DNA of 64,000 bases, from positions 326,554,001-326,618,000 of the forward strand of contig OZ024741.1 of the NCBI GenBank assembly GCA_964016885.1. The letters are read 5' to 3'. Both the position numbers and the translations under genes were made by a program. Positions 44,601 through 57,855 of the stretch are shown piece by piece. The stretch comes from Eledone cirrhosa (lineage: Eukaryota). The notes under the pieces were generated by a model that saw nothing but the letters and a program-made list of their open reading frames with translations, was not told the DNA's origin and ran no database searches. The stretch's first letter is position 1. Each line of letters starts with the position of its first letter.

Positions 44601-45230
44601 CTCAGTGGCCGTATCTCTGTTCCAGATATTATTTATCTCAGTATTCAGATCATTGTCTGCTTCGGGTGGTTCCTCCGTTCTCAGGACCTCCTCACCTTCA
44701 TTTCCCGCCGGCTCGCTTGTCTGGCATACTACACCCGCCATCTCCAAGCCATTCTCTCTGCTCAGTTCCTCCAGTTCCAGCTCGCTTATCCACCCATTAG
44801 TTCTTATTACCCGAGCCTGCCCGGCCAATTTTTGTTCATCTAATTTAAATAAACCAATCTCGTTCCAGATGTTATGCATCCGTCTCCTGTAGCCCCTCTC
44901 CTTGGGGTTACTTTTCAGGTAGCATTGCATAACAGTTCTATTCAATTCTTTCGTCCAGTTGGTTCTGGCCCCTTTCCTTCTTCTTCTTCCTCCAACATCA
45001 GCAGTATTTGGTTGACAGTCGGGTTCCTGCTGCTGAGCCAGGGGGCACCTGTTGGGTGAGAGTCTGTCACATGACGTTCTAGTCTCCATTTCACCGTTAT
45101 TCGAACTGTTTATGTTCGATATTTAAACACTCTTATCGAGGATTGGCGAACGTATGTTTACATAGCCATCTGTGGATCCGCCATCACACTTGGCCCTTGT
45201 GTGGCATTATCACCACGCTGTATACGGACA
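41570..45230 (-). mobile_element. R4/Dong-like non-LTR retrotransposon, near full length, (TAA)n tail
   Basis: Single RT-RLE ORF; about 75-nt 3' UTR runs into (TAA)n; 5' boundary approximate. Confidence 0.9.
41697..45089 (-). pseudogene. RT + CCHC + restriction-like endonuclease ORF (about 1130 codons) with one in-frame stop
   Basis: NYRPITCL, IDYRKAFDMVPH, GIFQ*DS (TGA at 43254-43256), LFMDDLKL, CRIC..ETVAHIVSEC, RHD, NRPDLVVVD..IVDVACP..EKINRY. Confidence 0.95.
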
Positions 45231-45658
45231 CACATAAACAAACAAACACACGGGCAGAAAGGGCCCCAAAAATGAATAAGCATAAGTTTCATTGTAATGT
45301 AGTATTCGAATGTCTGACTTAGTTTTTGTTTTTTAAGTTTTACTTTTTCCCCCCCTCTTCTCTGTCCGTCCGCCTGCTTCTCTCTTCATTCTTATTTTCT
45401 TACGTTTTTGGGGTTTCTTTTTTTGTTTTTGTTTTTCTCTGTTTTTCTCGTTTTTTACTGTTGTTGCTGTGCTGCTTTTGTTGTTTGTTTTTTCTTTTTT
45501 CTTTTGAGTTTATCTATATATTTTGATGCCTTCCTCTTTGTTAGTAGTAGGAATTCTATAATGTGGAAGTGGTAGCCAGCAGAGACTGGCGGCGTTGGCG
45601 ATACTGAGACAGTGGTGGTGGTGATGTCGATACCGAGGCAGTGGTGGCGGTGATGCGA

Positions 45659-46304
45659 CCGTATTACTGTAGTGATGGTGCTGTAGCGGTGGCAGCAGCA
45701 GTGAAGGAGTCAGGGGGTGGTGGCGGCGGTGATGGGATAGTGATGGTAATGATGGCCGTAGTGAGCGGTGGCGGTGAAGGTGAAAATGCTGTTGTGTTTA
45801 GTGTACACAGATGATGGGGTGGGTGGTGTATCTAGTTTCTGGTGTTGGTGAGTTTCGCTGTCCTATATAGTGTAGCCAGAGGAGAGGAGGGGGGGGGGGG
45901 GGGGTTCTTCTTCTTCCATTTATAGCCATTTTATTTTTTTTTGGATATACAGTGTACAATACAAAGTTGAATATTTGAATATTTGAGCCGTATTACTGTA
46001 GTGATGGTGCTGTAGCGGTGGCAGCAGCAGTGAAGGAGTAAAGGGGTGGTGGCGGCGGTGATGGGATAGTGGTGGTAATGATGGCCGTAGTGAGCGGTGG
46101 CGGTGAAGGTGAAAATGCTGTTGTGTTTAGTGTACACAGATGATGGGGTGGGTGGTGTATCTAGTTTCTGGTGTTGGTGAGTTTGGCTGTCCTATATAGT
46201 GTAGCCAGAGGAGAGGAGGGGGGGTTCTTCTTCTTCCATTTATAGCCATTTTTTGGGGGATATACAGTGTACAATACAAAGTTGAATATTTGAATATTTG
46301 AGCC
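45659..46304. repeat. Tandem duplication, about 329-bp period, GTG-rich
   Basis: CCGTATTACTGTAGTGATGG at 45659 and 45988; both copies end TATTTGAGCC. Confidence 0.9.
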
Positions 46305-46470
46305 TTATAACAATATATTTTGGGTCCGAATTTTTTTGGGGCTCAAGCCGGGTGCTTTACGTAGCATTTGTACTAAGAGTTGTTATTTCACAAATGATTT
46401 AAATATGTTAAAAATTCAAAACTTACGGGAGCGATTTCATGACCTCCGTCACCTCGTGCGTCTTCTTCCC

Positions 46471-46529
<59 letters not shown>

Positions 46530-46853
46530 GTTATTGTTATTCCTTGAATCTCAGTCATTGATGTTGGTTAACTGGAAAGTCCGTTGGATTGAATATCAAG
46601 CCACTACCTGCAGCCTCAGATATTCAGGACGTATCGGAGGGTTCTTGCTGTTCCAAGCAAGCATGCCTTTTGAAGCGTTCCAAAAAGCGTGAAGGGGCCG
46701 ATTTTCTTTAACCATCCCTGGAAACTTTTGGAGATAGTCCCCAGTGCGCCTATGACAATCGGGATCACTTTGACTTCATGGCAGTTCCAAATCCTTTTCA
46801 CCTCCCACTTTAGGTCCTGGTATCGGTTAATTTTCTCCCTCTCCTTCTCTTGC
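46471..46853 (-). mobile_element. 5'-truncated R4/Dong-like copy A
   Basis: Near-identical to the 3' end of the 41570 copy; (TAA)n both sides. Confidence 0.92.
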
Positions 46854-48083
46854 ATTATTATTATTATTATTATTATTGTTGTTATTCCCTGAATCTCAGT
46901 CATTGATGTTGGTTAACTGGAAAGTCCGTTGGATTGAATATCAAGCCACTACCTGCAGCCTCAGATATTCAGGACGTATCGGAGGGTTCTTGCTGTTCCA
47001 AGCAAGCATGCCTTTTGAAGCGTTCCAAAAAGCGTGAAGGGGCCGATTTTCTTTAACCATCCCTGGAAACTTTTGGAGATAGTCCCCAGTGCGCCTATGA
47101 TAATCGGGATCACTTTGACTTCATGGCAGTTCCAAATCCTTTTCACCTCCCACTTTAGGTCCTGGTATCGGTTAATTCTCTCCCTCTCCTTCTCTTGCAC
47201 TCTCGTGTCGAACGGGCAGGCCACATCCACAATCAGACACAATCTTTTTTCTTTGTCCACAACCACCAGGTCAGGTCTATTGTGTTCCAGTTTTTTGTCC
47301 GTCTGTATCCTAAAATCCCACAGCACCTTCACCTGATTGTTCTCCATCACCGCCTCTGGCCTATGCTCATACCATTTCTCAGAATGTGGTAAATTGTTTA
47401 CTTTGCATAGGTGCCAGTGGATCACCCTGCCCATCACATCGTGTCTCCAGCCCTTATAGTGGGTCTGGGCTAGGTGTTTACACTCGGACACAATGTGAGC
47501 CACAGTCTCCTCTCTCTCTCCACAGATCCTGCACAGTGGGCTAGCCTCCTCCTTGTAGATATGGTGCTTCAACCACTTCGTTTTGAGGGCCTGCTCCTGC
47601 GCAGCCATTAGCATTCCTTCTGTAGCCTTTTTGAGGTCTCCTCTTCTCAACCAGTTCCATGTCTGTGGATCTCTAAATTCAGTTTTCTCAAAGAAGGTAC
47701 TATGAAGGGATTTTCCCTTAAGGCTGCTCTTCCTCCTTGATGTTATTTCCTCCTTGGACATCCCCTGGCCTACTGTCCCCTCCTTCAGTACAGTTCTGAG
47801 CATTGGCTCCTTACTATAGGTCACGTATTTGTATAGGTTGTTTTTCTCCATCTGAACACAGTCCTCTATGCTGATAAGACCTCTTCCACCCTCAGATCTC
47901 CTTAGGTAGAGTCTATCGACATCACTCCTCTTGTGGAACATGTTGTAGATAGTCAATAGCTTCCTAGTCTTCCTATCCATTTCTTTTTGTTCAGCAACAT
48001 TCCATCTCAGAATTCCCGCACTGTACCTGATAATAGACACAGCTCGGGAATTTACTGCGCTTATGGCATTTCTGCTGTTCAGA

Positions 48084-48084
<1 letters not shown>
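46854..48084 (-). mobile_element. 5'-truncated R4/Dong-like copy B
   Basis: ORF 46961-48040 near-identical to the C-terminus of the main copy; (TAA)n both sides. Confidence 0.93.
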
Positions 48085-48120
<36 letters not shown>

Positions 48121-48121
<1 letters not shown>

Positions 48122-48640
48122 TGGCCTGTCGGAGATGCGTGAAGGGCGAGGAAACCGTTCTGTACGCATTCATCCAGTGTCCGAGTATTGCTGACTTGTG
48201 GGTTTATGTCGAACACCTGCTGTCGCGAGTAGGAAGGATCCGGCTATCAGCTGAGTCCATCGCGAGGATTGCCCCGCCGCCTTCCTTTAGCCGGGAAGGG
48301 CAGGCATTTTTTATCTGCCTGGTGGCCATGGTAAAAGAGGTCGTATGGTGGGCGTGTATTTCAAGACGGGTACTTTCCTCTTCGGTGACGCCATCATTAA
48401 CTTTTTCGGGTTTCACTTGAAAAGGAAAATCCGAGTGGTGAGGGAAGTGCTGCCTTCCAGCCTTTTTGTTGAAAGGTGAGTGAGAGAGGCAAGAATGGCC
48501 CGTGTGAATGGGCCTACTCTGAGCGTGTGCCTGTAGTATTGTAGGAGGAAAACCGGAAGAGGGCGCTTGCCCTAGCGGACAGGGTAACTGTGGCTTTTTT
48601 GTGGGCTTTCTCCACGAGCGACCCTGGGAAGTCTCACCCA
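48121..48640 (+). mobile_element. Tx1/L1-like ORF2 C-terminal and 3' UTR fragment
   Basis: EETVLYAFIQCPSIADLWVYVEHLLSRVGRIRLSAESI homologous to the 26923-27130 region. Confidence 0.85.
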
Positions 48641-49677
48641 TATTATTATTATTATTATTATCATTATTATTATTGTTCTTTGAGTCTCAGTCATTAATGT
48701 TATTTAACTGGAAAGTTTGTTGAAATGAATATCAAGCCGCTACCTGCAGCCTCGGGTATTCAGTACGTATCGGAGGGTTCTTGCAGTTCCCAGCAAGCAT
48801 GCCTTTTGAAGTGTTCCAAAAAGCGGGGCTGGACTAATCTTCTTTAACCATCCTTGGAAACTCTTTGAGATAGTACCTAGTGCGCCTATGACAATCGGGA
48901 CGACCTTGATTTCATGGCAGTTCCGAATCCTTTTTAACTCCCACTTTACATCCTGGTATCGGTTAATTTTTTCCCTTTTTTTCTTGCACTCTCGTGTCAA
49001 ATGGGTAGGCTACATCTACAATCAGGCACGATCTTTTTTCCTTGTAAAAAACCACCAGGTCAGGCCTATTGTGTTCTAATTTCTTGTCCGTATGTATCCT
49101 AAAATCGTTTTCTATCACCGACTCTGGCTTATGCTCATACCACTTCTCAGAATGCGGTAAATTGTTTAGTTTGCATAGATGCCAGTGGATCACCCTGCCC
49201 ATCACATCGTGTCTCCAGCCTTTATAGTGAGTCTGGGCTAGGTGTTTACACTCGGATACAATGTGAAAATTTACTGCACTTATGGCATTCCTACTATTTA
49301 GATGTGATTTTAATACGCTCCTTACTCTCCTTATGTACTCAGATCTTATTAACTCCATCATTTTTTTTTCTTGATGTCATCTTCCTCCAGAACACCTAAA
49401 TATTTGTATCCCTCTTCAGTGTCAATTTCCTATATCATTTCACCTCTTGGTACCTGGATTCCGTTGCTACCGCTCATTTTACCCCTCTTCATCACTAGGA
49501 CTCCACACTTATTAATATCAAATTCTATACATATATCATTGCTGAAAATACGGAAAGTGTCAACATGTACGTCCAAATCCTTCTCACCCTTCCCAATGAG
49601 TCCGTTAATGAAGAAGAGGTGGTTGATGGTAAGCCCTCCTTTTCCCCACTTGTATCCTGCTCTGACCTTTCGCAATA
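48641..49677 (-). mobile_element. Older, internally deleted R4/Dong-like copy C
   Basis: More diverged; AISAVN joined directly to HIVSECK; (TAA)n both sides. Confidence 0.88.
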
Positions 49678-49914
49678 TAATATTATTATTATTATTATTA
49701 TTATTGGTCTGTTCGGACGTCTTTTAGGCTCGCTCCCAGTAAGTCGCTTTATTTGCCTGTTAAAATTATTTGTTGTTAAATATTTCTTGTTGTGTAGGGG
49801 ATATAAGTCCTTAGACTTTGCCCTGTGAAGGGGAAAGTATAATATTTGGGCCTTTTGGCCCAAATATTTGAACTTTTTTTTACATGTTAAAAGAATTTAC
49901 GGAGAAAAAAAAAC

Positions 49915-51890
49915 ATGGCTGAGCCACGCTCCAGCGATATGTCTGCTGTCGTGCGACAACGACGTAGAAGTAGAGAGGAGCGCTACAGCGAAATTAACAC
50001 AAATTGATAACACAAACACCACCACAAACAAAGTAAACAAAGACACTAATGATACCAATGAGAACTCTAATTTTGAAAAAAATGACACTAACAGCGACAA
50101 CGAAAATACAGATAACAAAGAAAAACAAACAAATGCAACAACAATATCAACACCACTAACATGAAAACAAATAGCGACAACACCAACAGCAACAATACCA
50201 ACTGCACCGAGAACAACGGTGGTAACAAAAACAACAATGATAACAGCGATAGTGCTAACAACAACACCAACAAGAACAACGACAACCACAACAACACCCC
50301 CAACGAAAATAAGAACACTTTCGTTGCGGCAGCAGCAAAAAAGAGGCCATTCTTCAACATGAACCTCTCAAACAAAGATGAAAAGTTGGCCCAGGCATGG
50401 AAGCTCATCAAGCAAGAGCAAAGCTGGGCCAACTTAACTGTCCCGGTAGAAGCTATTGAGGCAGTGGAGCGCAGAACGGTGCATTATAGATGCATCTCAG
50501 CACAAACCAAAAGGGAACCTTTAATCCCACAAGAAGATGTCGAAGTAGCGCTGAGGTGCATCAGAGAACACACCTAATACATAGAGAGGGGCAGACAGTA
50601 CGGCACCATTTCGGTGTTGTTCAAGTCAGAAGCCCTCGCTATGAAACACGCTATGAATCCTTGCAAAACCAGCAAGATCATAATGTACCCCTCCCACATG
50701 GGAAAAAGAACGGCCCGTCTCTGCATTCCCAGAATCGCACCAGGACTTGACATGTGGTGGCTTCTGGGATGTGTGATTGTGGAGGGGACGGATACCGTCC
50801 CTATAGAAGTGACCAGAACGGCCATAGAGGTCTGGTCCCGTGTTGACCTGGAGATCCTTCTCCATATCAGGCCCGAGAATGTGAAGACAATCCCGGACCA
50901 CATCCGCCTTCAGAATGGGACGGTCATTAACATTATGACCGAAGGCAAAAGGCCGCAGTGTTTTGTTTGTGGGGAAAAAACCCATTTGCGAGCCTTCTGC
51001 CCTCAACTGCTGAAAGAGGCAAGGGGTCGAAAGGCTCCACTGCTGCCGACGCCGGGGCGAGGAGCACAACCAACACCAGCACCATCAAAACCACCAACAA
51101 CAACACCAATAGAAAGACCACCACCAACATTGACCACCCAGGGGGGAAACGAGGAAACTGACAAATTCCCCCTCCCCACAAAAATACACACCAATAAAAC
51201 CATAAACATACATACAGACACACTTACAGACACAGACCCCTTATCTACCAGTAGTGAAGATAAGGGAAAACCCAAATCCCCCCAAATTCAAAAAAGGAAA
51301 TACAAAAAGAAAAAAAAAACTCAATAAAGCACAAAATCACCCACAATAAAAAACGCAGACACCACCCACGCAAACATCTCTCCAATAACACCAACATCAA
51401 CACCACCATCACCATCACCAGAATCCCCCAAACGCAAACAATCTAAACAGACGCAAGAACAAATATACACACAAACATCTGAAACCATAGACACCGCACT
51501 CACAACAAACACAGACACAACCGAAACAACACCACCAAAACCATCACCACCACTGCCACGCAAACAAATAAAATCGCACCAACAAAACATACAAAACTTC
51601 GTGCTCGTCAGGAGGGCCAACAAGGAACTGTTGGCCCTCGTAGCACGAAGTGAAAATTATACAAAAAGAGGGAAATTTTTAAATCAAGCACATTTCGCGT
51701 GCCTGAAGATTTGGTTCTGGTGCGAATGTCGATCGATTCATTCAAAGAAATACGAGACAGCTTTTCTCGGGACGTGGGAACACCGACCGTAAAACCACTT
51801 CAAAACTTTTAAAGGGGTTCCCAAAAGAAACACCACCAACTATGGAGGTCGAACAACCCGACCTTCACAAGAACCCGGAAGGTAAGTAAA
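49915..51890 (+). pseudogene. LINE ORF1 (Asn/Thr-rich, CCHC zinc knuckle), disrupted
   Basis: CFVCGEKTHLRAFC at 50959-51000; C-terminal MEVEQPDL matches MEIEQPDL of the other copy. Confidence 0.75.
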
Positions 51891-51920
51891 CCTTCCTCTC
51901 TCCCTTTTTAACCTGCCAAC

Positions 51921-54780
51921 ATGGCCGTATTAAGAGTAGGATATTTAAATGTTCGAGGCCTAGGATCGTCCTGGAAGCAGTGTCACCTGCTCAACGACCT
52001 CAGGTCTATAGAAATGGATGTAATTGCCGTCAGCAAGACCAGTATTTCCGACACGCGCGCACTAGCCCCCATTTCCGACGACTATCAGATCTTTGCATCT
52101 GTTAGCCGGCCGAGAATGGGAGGCGGGGTGGCAGTGCTGTTTAGGAAAGGCCTGGATCTCGAGGTAAGGTCGATCTTCCGGGACCCGGACGGGAAGTTGG
52201 TGGTCCTGGACGTGAACAATAACGAAGATGGTGCCTTTTGACTGGGGCCGTCTATGCTCCTACTAGGGCAGGACGGCCGGATTTCTTTAGACGCCTCGAA
52301 GCCTTTCTGGGTACGTCTCGCCCTTTACTGTTGGCGGGGGACTGGAACGGCATCTTAGACGCACACTGATACTGTGTGGGAGTATCTAATAGGAGCGGGG
52401 GTGCAAAAGCCTCAAGAACCTGATCAGCCAGTTCCAACTGTCTGACAGGTACCGACTAGATTTCCCTAATGCGCCAGTGTGGACCAGGGCTAACCGCATA
52501 TGGTCCTCTAGATCGTATATAGACAGGATATTCATTATGAAAATAGACAGAAATAGTGTAAGCTGTCCACGTTTTGAAACGGTCGCCTATTCAGATCCCA
52601 AGTTTGTGATCTGTATGTTCTACCTAGATAAGACGCGTAGGTTAGGACCTGGTTACTGGAAGCTAAACATGTCATTTCCGGCACGTAAGGCTTACAAGGA
52701 CCAGGTCAACAATTTAGTTAAGAAAAATTGACAGGGGCAGTCGTCAACAATAGATGGGGGGGGGGGGGGGTCTCTCAAAAGAGAGATTTGAGTAATGCAG
52801 ATAGAGTTTAGCAAAGAAGTAGCGTTAGAGAAAAATAGAAAGGAGGGGGAGTTGGTAGATAAGTTAGACGAAGCTATTGTTAGTGGCATTGCAACTGACG
52901 TGCTAGCGGCGAGAATGGCATTAGACCATTTCTTCAATGCGAAACACGAAGGGTGTATTGTCAGAGTTAAGGCGCGTGCTCTGAGAAACGAGGGAACCAA
53001 AGCTGTTCGATGGGCCCGCGTGGCAGAGGCGCAGCGTGGTAATAAAACCATGATTCGGTCTTTGACGGACCGAGACGGACACGAGCTGAGCGATTCCAAG
53101 CGGATGTGTGAGGCCTTTCGCCAACATTTTGCTCGGTTGTTCGGGGGAAGTGGCGGGTCAGAGATGGTGGCGGACTTCAGTCCCTACCTCGATGGTTTGC
53201 CGCAACTCTCGACGGCTGACGCTGGGCACTGCGAAAGGCCAATTACTTCAGCCGAGATTCAGGATACCCTTGTCGGCTGCATGAGCCGCAAGTCACCCGG
53301 TTTGGATGGTCTGCCCTACGCGCTTTACGTAAATATGCCAGACTTGTTCTCCAATCTCTTCGAAGCCCTCTACTGCAACTGGCAGCAAAACGGGAGTATT
53401 CCCAGTTCTGTGAGCCGGGCGTAGTGGTGCTGATAATGAAAGACGAGAACAAGAGGGACACATTAGACAATTTCAGGCCCATAACTCTGCTCAACACAGA
53501 GTTTAAGATTTTGGCCAGGGTGTTAGCGAAGAGGTTGGTGCTTGTCGTCGGGGATTTGGTTGGGGAGGCGCAAACTTGCGTAATCCCAACCAGGTCCATA
53601 CCCGACAACCTCCACCTAATGCAATACATCATAGAGAGGGGAGGGTGTAAACCTGGCTTCGGTGGGGCTCTGATCAATTTAGATCAATCGAAAGCATTCG
53701 ATAGGGTCGACCATCGGTACCTGGAGGCTGTCTTCAAGGCGGCTGGCTTCGGCCCCGTCTTCAGAAGCTGGATCGCTGCAATGCACAGCGGCACCTGCTC
53801 GATGGTCAAAATGAATTGCTACCTCTCGGGACCGTTTCAGGTCTCCCGATCGGTCCATCAAGGGTGCCCTCCCGCCTCCCTTCTGTACGTATTGACTCTT
53901 GAACTTTTACTGCGGAAGCTGGAGCTGTTGCAGGGCATCCCGCTCGAACGGGGATGCGGAAAGGCTGTGTCGGCTTATGCAGGCGACATCACCGTGATGG
54001 TGTCGGACACCTCAGAAATCGAGGTGGTCGGCAACTTATTGGAGGAATATGAAAGGTTGACGGGTGCAAAACTTAACCCGGAAAAGTCGGTGGGCTTGCA
54101 ACTCGGCACCTGGAGAGGCAAGTCCATGCCGTCCAACGGCGTCGTTAGGCGCTGGACAGACGGACCGGTAAAGTTGCTAGGGGTTTGGTTCGGGCCAGAC
54201 CTCCAGGTGGATAAGAATTGGGACGGGGTGACGGGCAGGTATGCCAGTCTCACCCAGAAATGGGCTGGGATGAAGCTATCACTGAAAGGTCGGGGGGAGG
54301 TGGCGAACGCGTACATCGCATCCGTCATCTACTACCGTCTGACTGTCGTCCCCTGCCCCCGTTCGCGCCTCGCCATCTTGGAGCGGCTCCTCTTCAAATT
54401 CTTGTGGAGGGGTCAGGTTCCGCTGGTGAGGCGCTCCATCTGCTGCCAGCACCCTCTACGTGGAGGGCTTGGCATGCCGTGGCTAATGATGCGCAGGCAC
54501 GTGCTGAGGCTGCGGCATCTCCAGATATTCTGCCTAAACGGTGCACAGGTGTGGTCGCCGTTTGTCAGACGGGCCTTTCCGCAGCTCGTTTCTTTGACTG
54601 AACTGCAGTCCTGGGTCAAGAAGAGACCGCGACTGGGTGACTGGCATCTGGAATGTTGCCAGGCACTCACTGCCCTCTACCAGGCGGGCAATACGGTCAG
54701 TGGAACTTCCACTCTCGAATTCTATAGAGGATTAGTGGTGGGCAAGTGTGACGACGCACTCGGAGAGGCTCTGGGAGTCA
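51921..54780 (+). pseudogene. LINE ORF2 APE + RT, disrupted
   Basis: VGYLNVRGL, YIDRIF, NFRPITLLNTEFKI, LDQSKAFDRVDH, QGCP, AYAGD. Confidence 0.93.
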
Positions 54781-55464
54781 ACGGTCAAAAATACAGATAT
54801 AAATACATATAATATAGTCTATCAAAGTTCTATAGTTGCACATCTGCAACATCGTCAGTGTTGCTATTATGTTTCCTCCCGTTTCATTATATGCCTACGC
54901 CATCTTTATTTAGTCTGTTTATTTATTTATTTATTTGTTTATTTTTCTTTATTTTTTAATTTTTAATTTTAATTTTAATTTTTTTTATTGTTTTATTATT
55001 TTAATTTTTTTATTTTTTTTATTTATTTTATTTTTTTTATTTTTTTATTTTTTATTATTTTTTTTATTTTTTTGTCTTCTCTGCACATGCGTTTGCGTAT
55101 AGTGTTTTGTTTGATGTGTGTTCATGTTTGGGTTACTGTGTCTTGGTTAATGTGTTCTATCTTAGTTTACTAGTGTGTGTTTATATGTGTTTGTGTGTTT
55201 ATATGTGTTTGTGTGTTTATATGTGTTTGTTGTTATTGTGCTTGTGTATGTATTTATTTATTTATTTATACCTCTCTTAGTAAATAAATAAATAAATAGA
55301 CAAATAAATAAATAAACAGACTGAATAAAGATGGCGTAGGCATAAAATGCAACGAGAGGAAACATAATAGCACCACTGACGATGTTGCAGATGTGCAACG
55401 AAAGAATTTGATAGACTATATATATGTATTTGTGTCTATATTGTATCTGTATTTTTGACCGTTG
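54779..55464. mobile_element. Long-TIR fold-back element
   Basis: CAACGGTCAAAAATACAGATA.. about 170-bp arm inverted at about 55290-55464; T-rich low-complexity centre. Confidence 0.75.
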
Positions 55465-55607
55465 GTCAGTCAATGGTAACATAGAGGACCGAATAAATTA
55501 AATTAACCGATATAAAAGACACAGAAGCGAAAACCAACCAAACAGTGAGTGTGTTCTGTTATTAATTCTGGCAATATTATTACACAACTATGACCCTCCC
55601 CAAGTAT

Positions 55608-55663
<56 letters not shown>

Positions 55664-56057
55664 ACATACACACACATACACACACATACATATATATATA
55701 TATGTGTATGTATGTGTGTGTGTGTGTGCGTGTGTGTGTGATGGACCTTTTTCAAATATGAGAAAAATCTTGTAAAAGTTTTGACATACAATAGAGTCGT
55801 GACTTAACAACAGATATATAAAAAAATTGTTGTTGCCCATGAATAAGAATACATACATACGTCCATCTGCACACACACACACAAACATACGCACACACAC
55901 ACACAAATATATATAAATATGTATTTATACATATATACATATATATATATTTATATATATATATTTGTATAAATGCATATATACATATATATATATATAT
56001 ATTTATGTATATATTTTTATTTATATATATATTTATGTATATATTTATATATATATT

Positions 56058-56234
<177 letters not shown>

Positions 56235-56265
56235 ACAGACACACAGAGAGTAAAAATGTATCTAA

Positions 56266-56341
<76 letters not shown>

Positions 56342-56807
56342 GACATATGGATAAGGATATGTCTGTCTAAGTGATTGTGCGTGTACACATATATATTTAT
56401 ATATTAGAAACATTTTTACTCTCTGCGTGTCTTTTATTCTTAATGACACGTTATGCTTTTATGTTGTATCGTCTGGAACATATTTTTTTATTATTTTCAA
56501 CGATCTATTGTGTAGATATATTTTTCAGTATATCTTGAAATTCGTGTTGAAGTAGCCCTTTTTCTTTCCTTACCCGTTCAGTCGTTTTTAATTCTGAAGT
56601 ATTATGATCATTTTTCTTATATATCTACTATTATTTATTCCCTCTGTCGGTGACATACAATGATTTAGACATGTGTTTATTATTTTTCGTCTATTTACAA
56701 ATGGTTCAAGCATATATTTTAATTCCAATGATTTATATATTCTACCAACCGTGTGATTGCTATTTTAGAGTCCATTAGACAAACACGCGCGTGCGTGCGC
56801 GCGCACA

Positions 56808-56815
56808 AACACACA

Positions 56816-56902
<87 letters not shown>

Positions 56903-56913
56903 ACACACACACA

Positions 56914-56982
<69 letters not shown>
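56808..56982. repeat. (CA)n/(TA)n microsatellite
   Basis: Direct reading. Confidence 0.97.
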
Positions 56983-57153
56983 CATATAGAAATGATGTTT
57001 ATATGTCTAAGATTGTTTCATTCATATTCAAACGAAACTTTTCTAGTCCCGTAGAAGTCATTTTTAAAAGAAAATATATCTTTACTCTACTTACTTTGGA
57101 CACCTCCTCATACGCATCGTGGGAATCCACACACAATTATATATATATATATA

Positions 57154-57456
57154 TGGAAAATTTACTTTAGAATTTTAATTCCTCGAAAGCACTATACATA
57201 TTTCGATGGCCCATCTCTATCATCTGATTATGATGATTTCATCAGGTGCTATTTGCAGAATTATATAACAGGATTACGTTGACCCCTAACGTAGAATGAA
57301 GGATATGGGATAGAAAAAGATAGAAAATAAAAAATTCAGTTTTAGGACAGCCTGAAAATATGGTGTTATATCGATAGCAGACGGTCCCCTCCGAACTGGG
57401 CCATAGCCATATGTATAGTACTTTCGCAGAATTAAAATTCTAAAGTAAATTTTCCA
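57154..57456. repeat. Inverted repeat (about 60-bp arms) formed by two diverging HHR-bearing units
   Basis: TGGAAAATTTACTTTAGAATTTTAATTC..ATGGCCCA versus TGGGCCAT..GAATTAAAATTCTAAAGTAAATTTTCCA. Confidence 0.85.
57188..57250 (-). ncRNA. Minimal type I HHR (AUA triplet)
   Basis: Minus strand: AGCAC-CTGATGA-AAT..ATC-GAAA-TATGTA-TA-GTGCT. Confidence 0.8.
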
Positions 57457-57771
57457 ATCAGGCCTTCTATTGTTGTTTTAATAAATACTTTACTCCGTTC
57501 CTGTACCAAACACTGGATACCACATCTACGACGGGTGATTTGCATAACGTTGAGTGCTTTAATTAATTTGTTGCATCATCGTTTACCAACACGAATCCCA
57601 GATCTATCCATTGGTGAACACCCTAATACAAATTGAAACCTAGAACATAGAGCTTCTGGATGCCTAGGTGTTTGTCTCCAAATCGAATCCCTTCTTTTAG
57701 CCCACCTTTCTGACTCAAGGCGGGTTCCGGTGGTTGGGATGTAATTGGTGACTTCTATACCATTAAAATAA

Positions 57772-57855
57772 TTGTTTCTATTTTTGGCACAAGGCTAGGA
57801 ATTAACCAGTGCACTACTGGTACTTTATTTTATCGACCCCGTAAGGATGAAAGCC
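57772..57855 (-). mobile_element. SINE family B, 3' fragment
   Basis: TTGGCACAAGGC..TTATCGACCCCGTAAGGATGAAAG. Confidence 0.75.

Larger units (their letters stand above)
49706..54780 (+). mobile_element. Tx1/L1-like LINE with 5' UTR, ORF1 and ORF2; 3' end lost
   Basis: Two-ORF layout; ORF2 homologous throughout to 26880-30070. Confidence 0.9.

Noticed and set aside
45100-45235. Possible HDV-like ribozyme in the R4/Dong 5' UTR
   Set aside because: A TGGCGGA/TTCGCCA hairpin exists, but I could not assemble the nested double pseudoknot.
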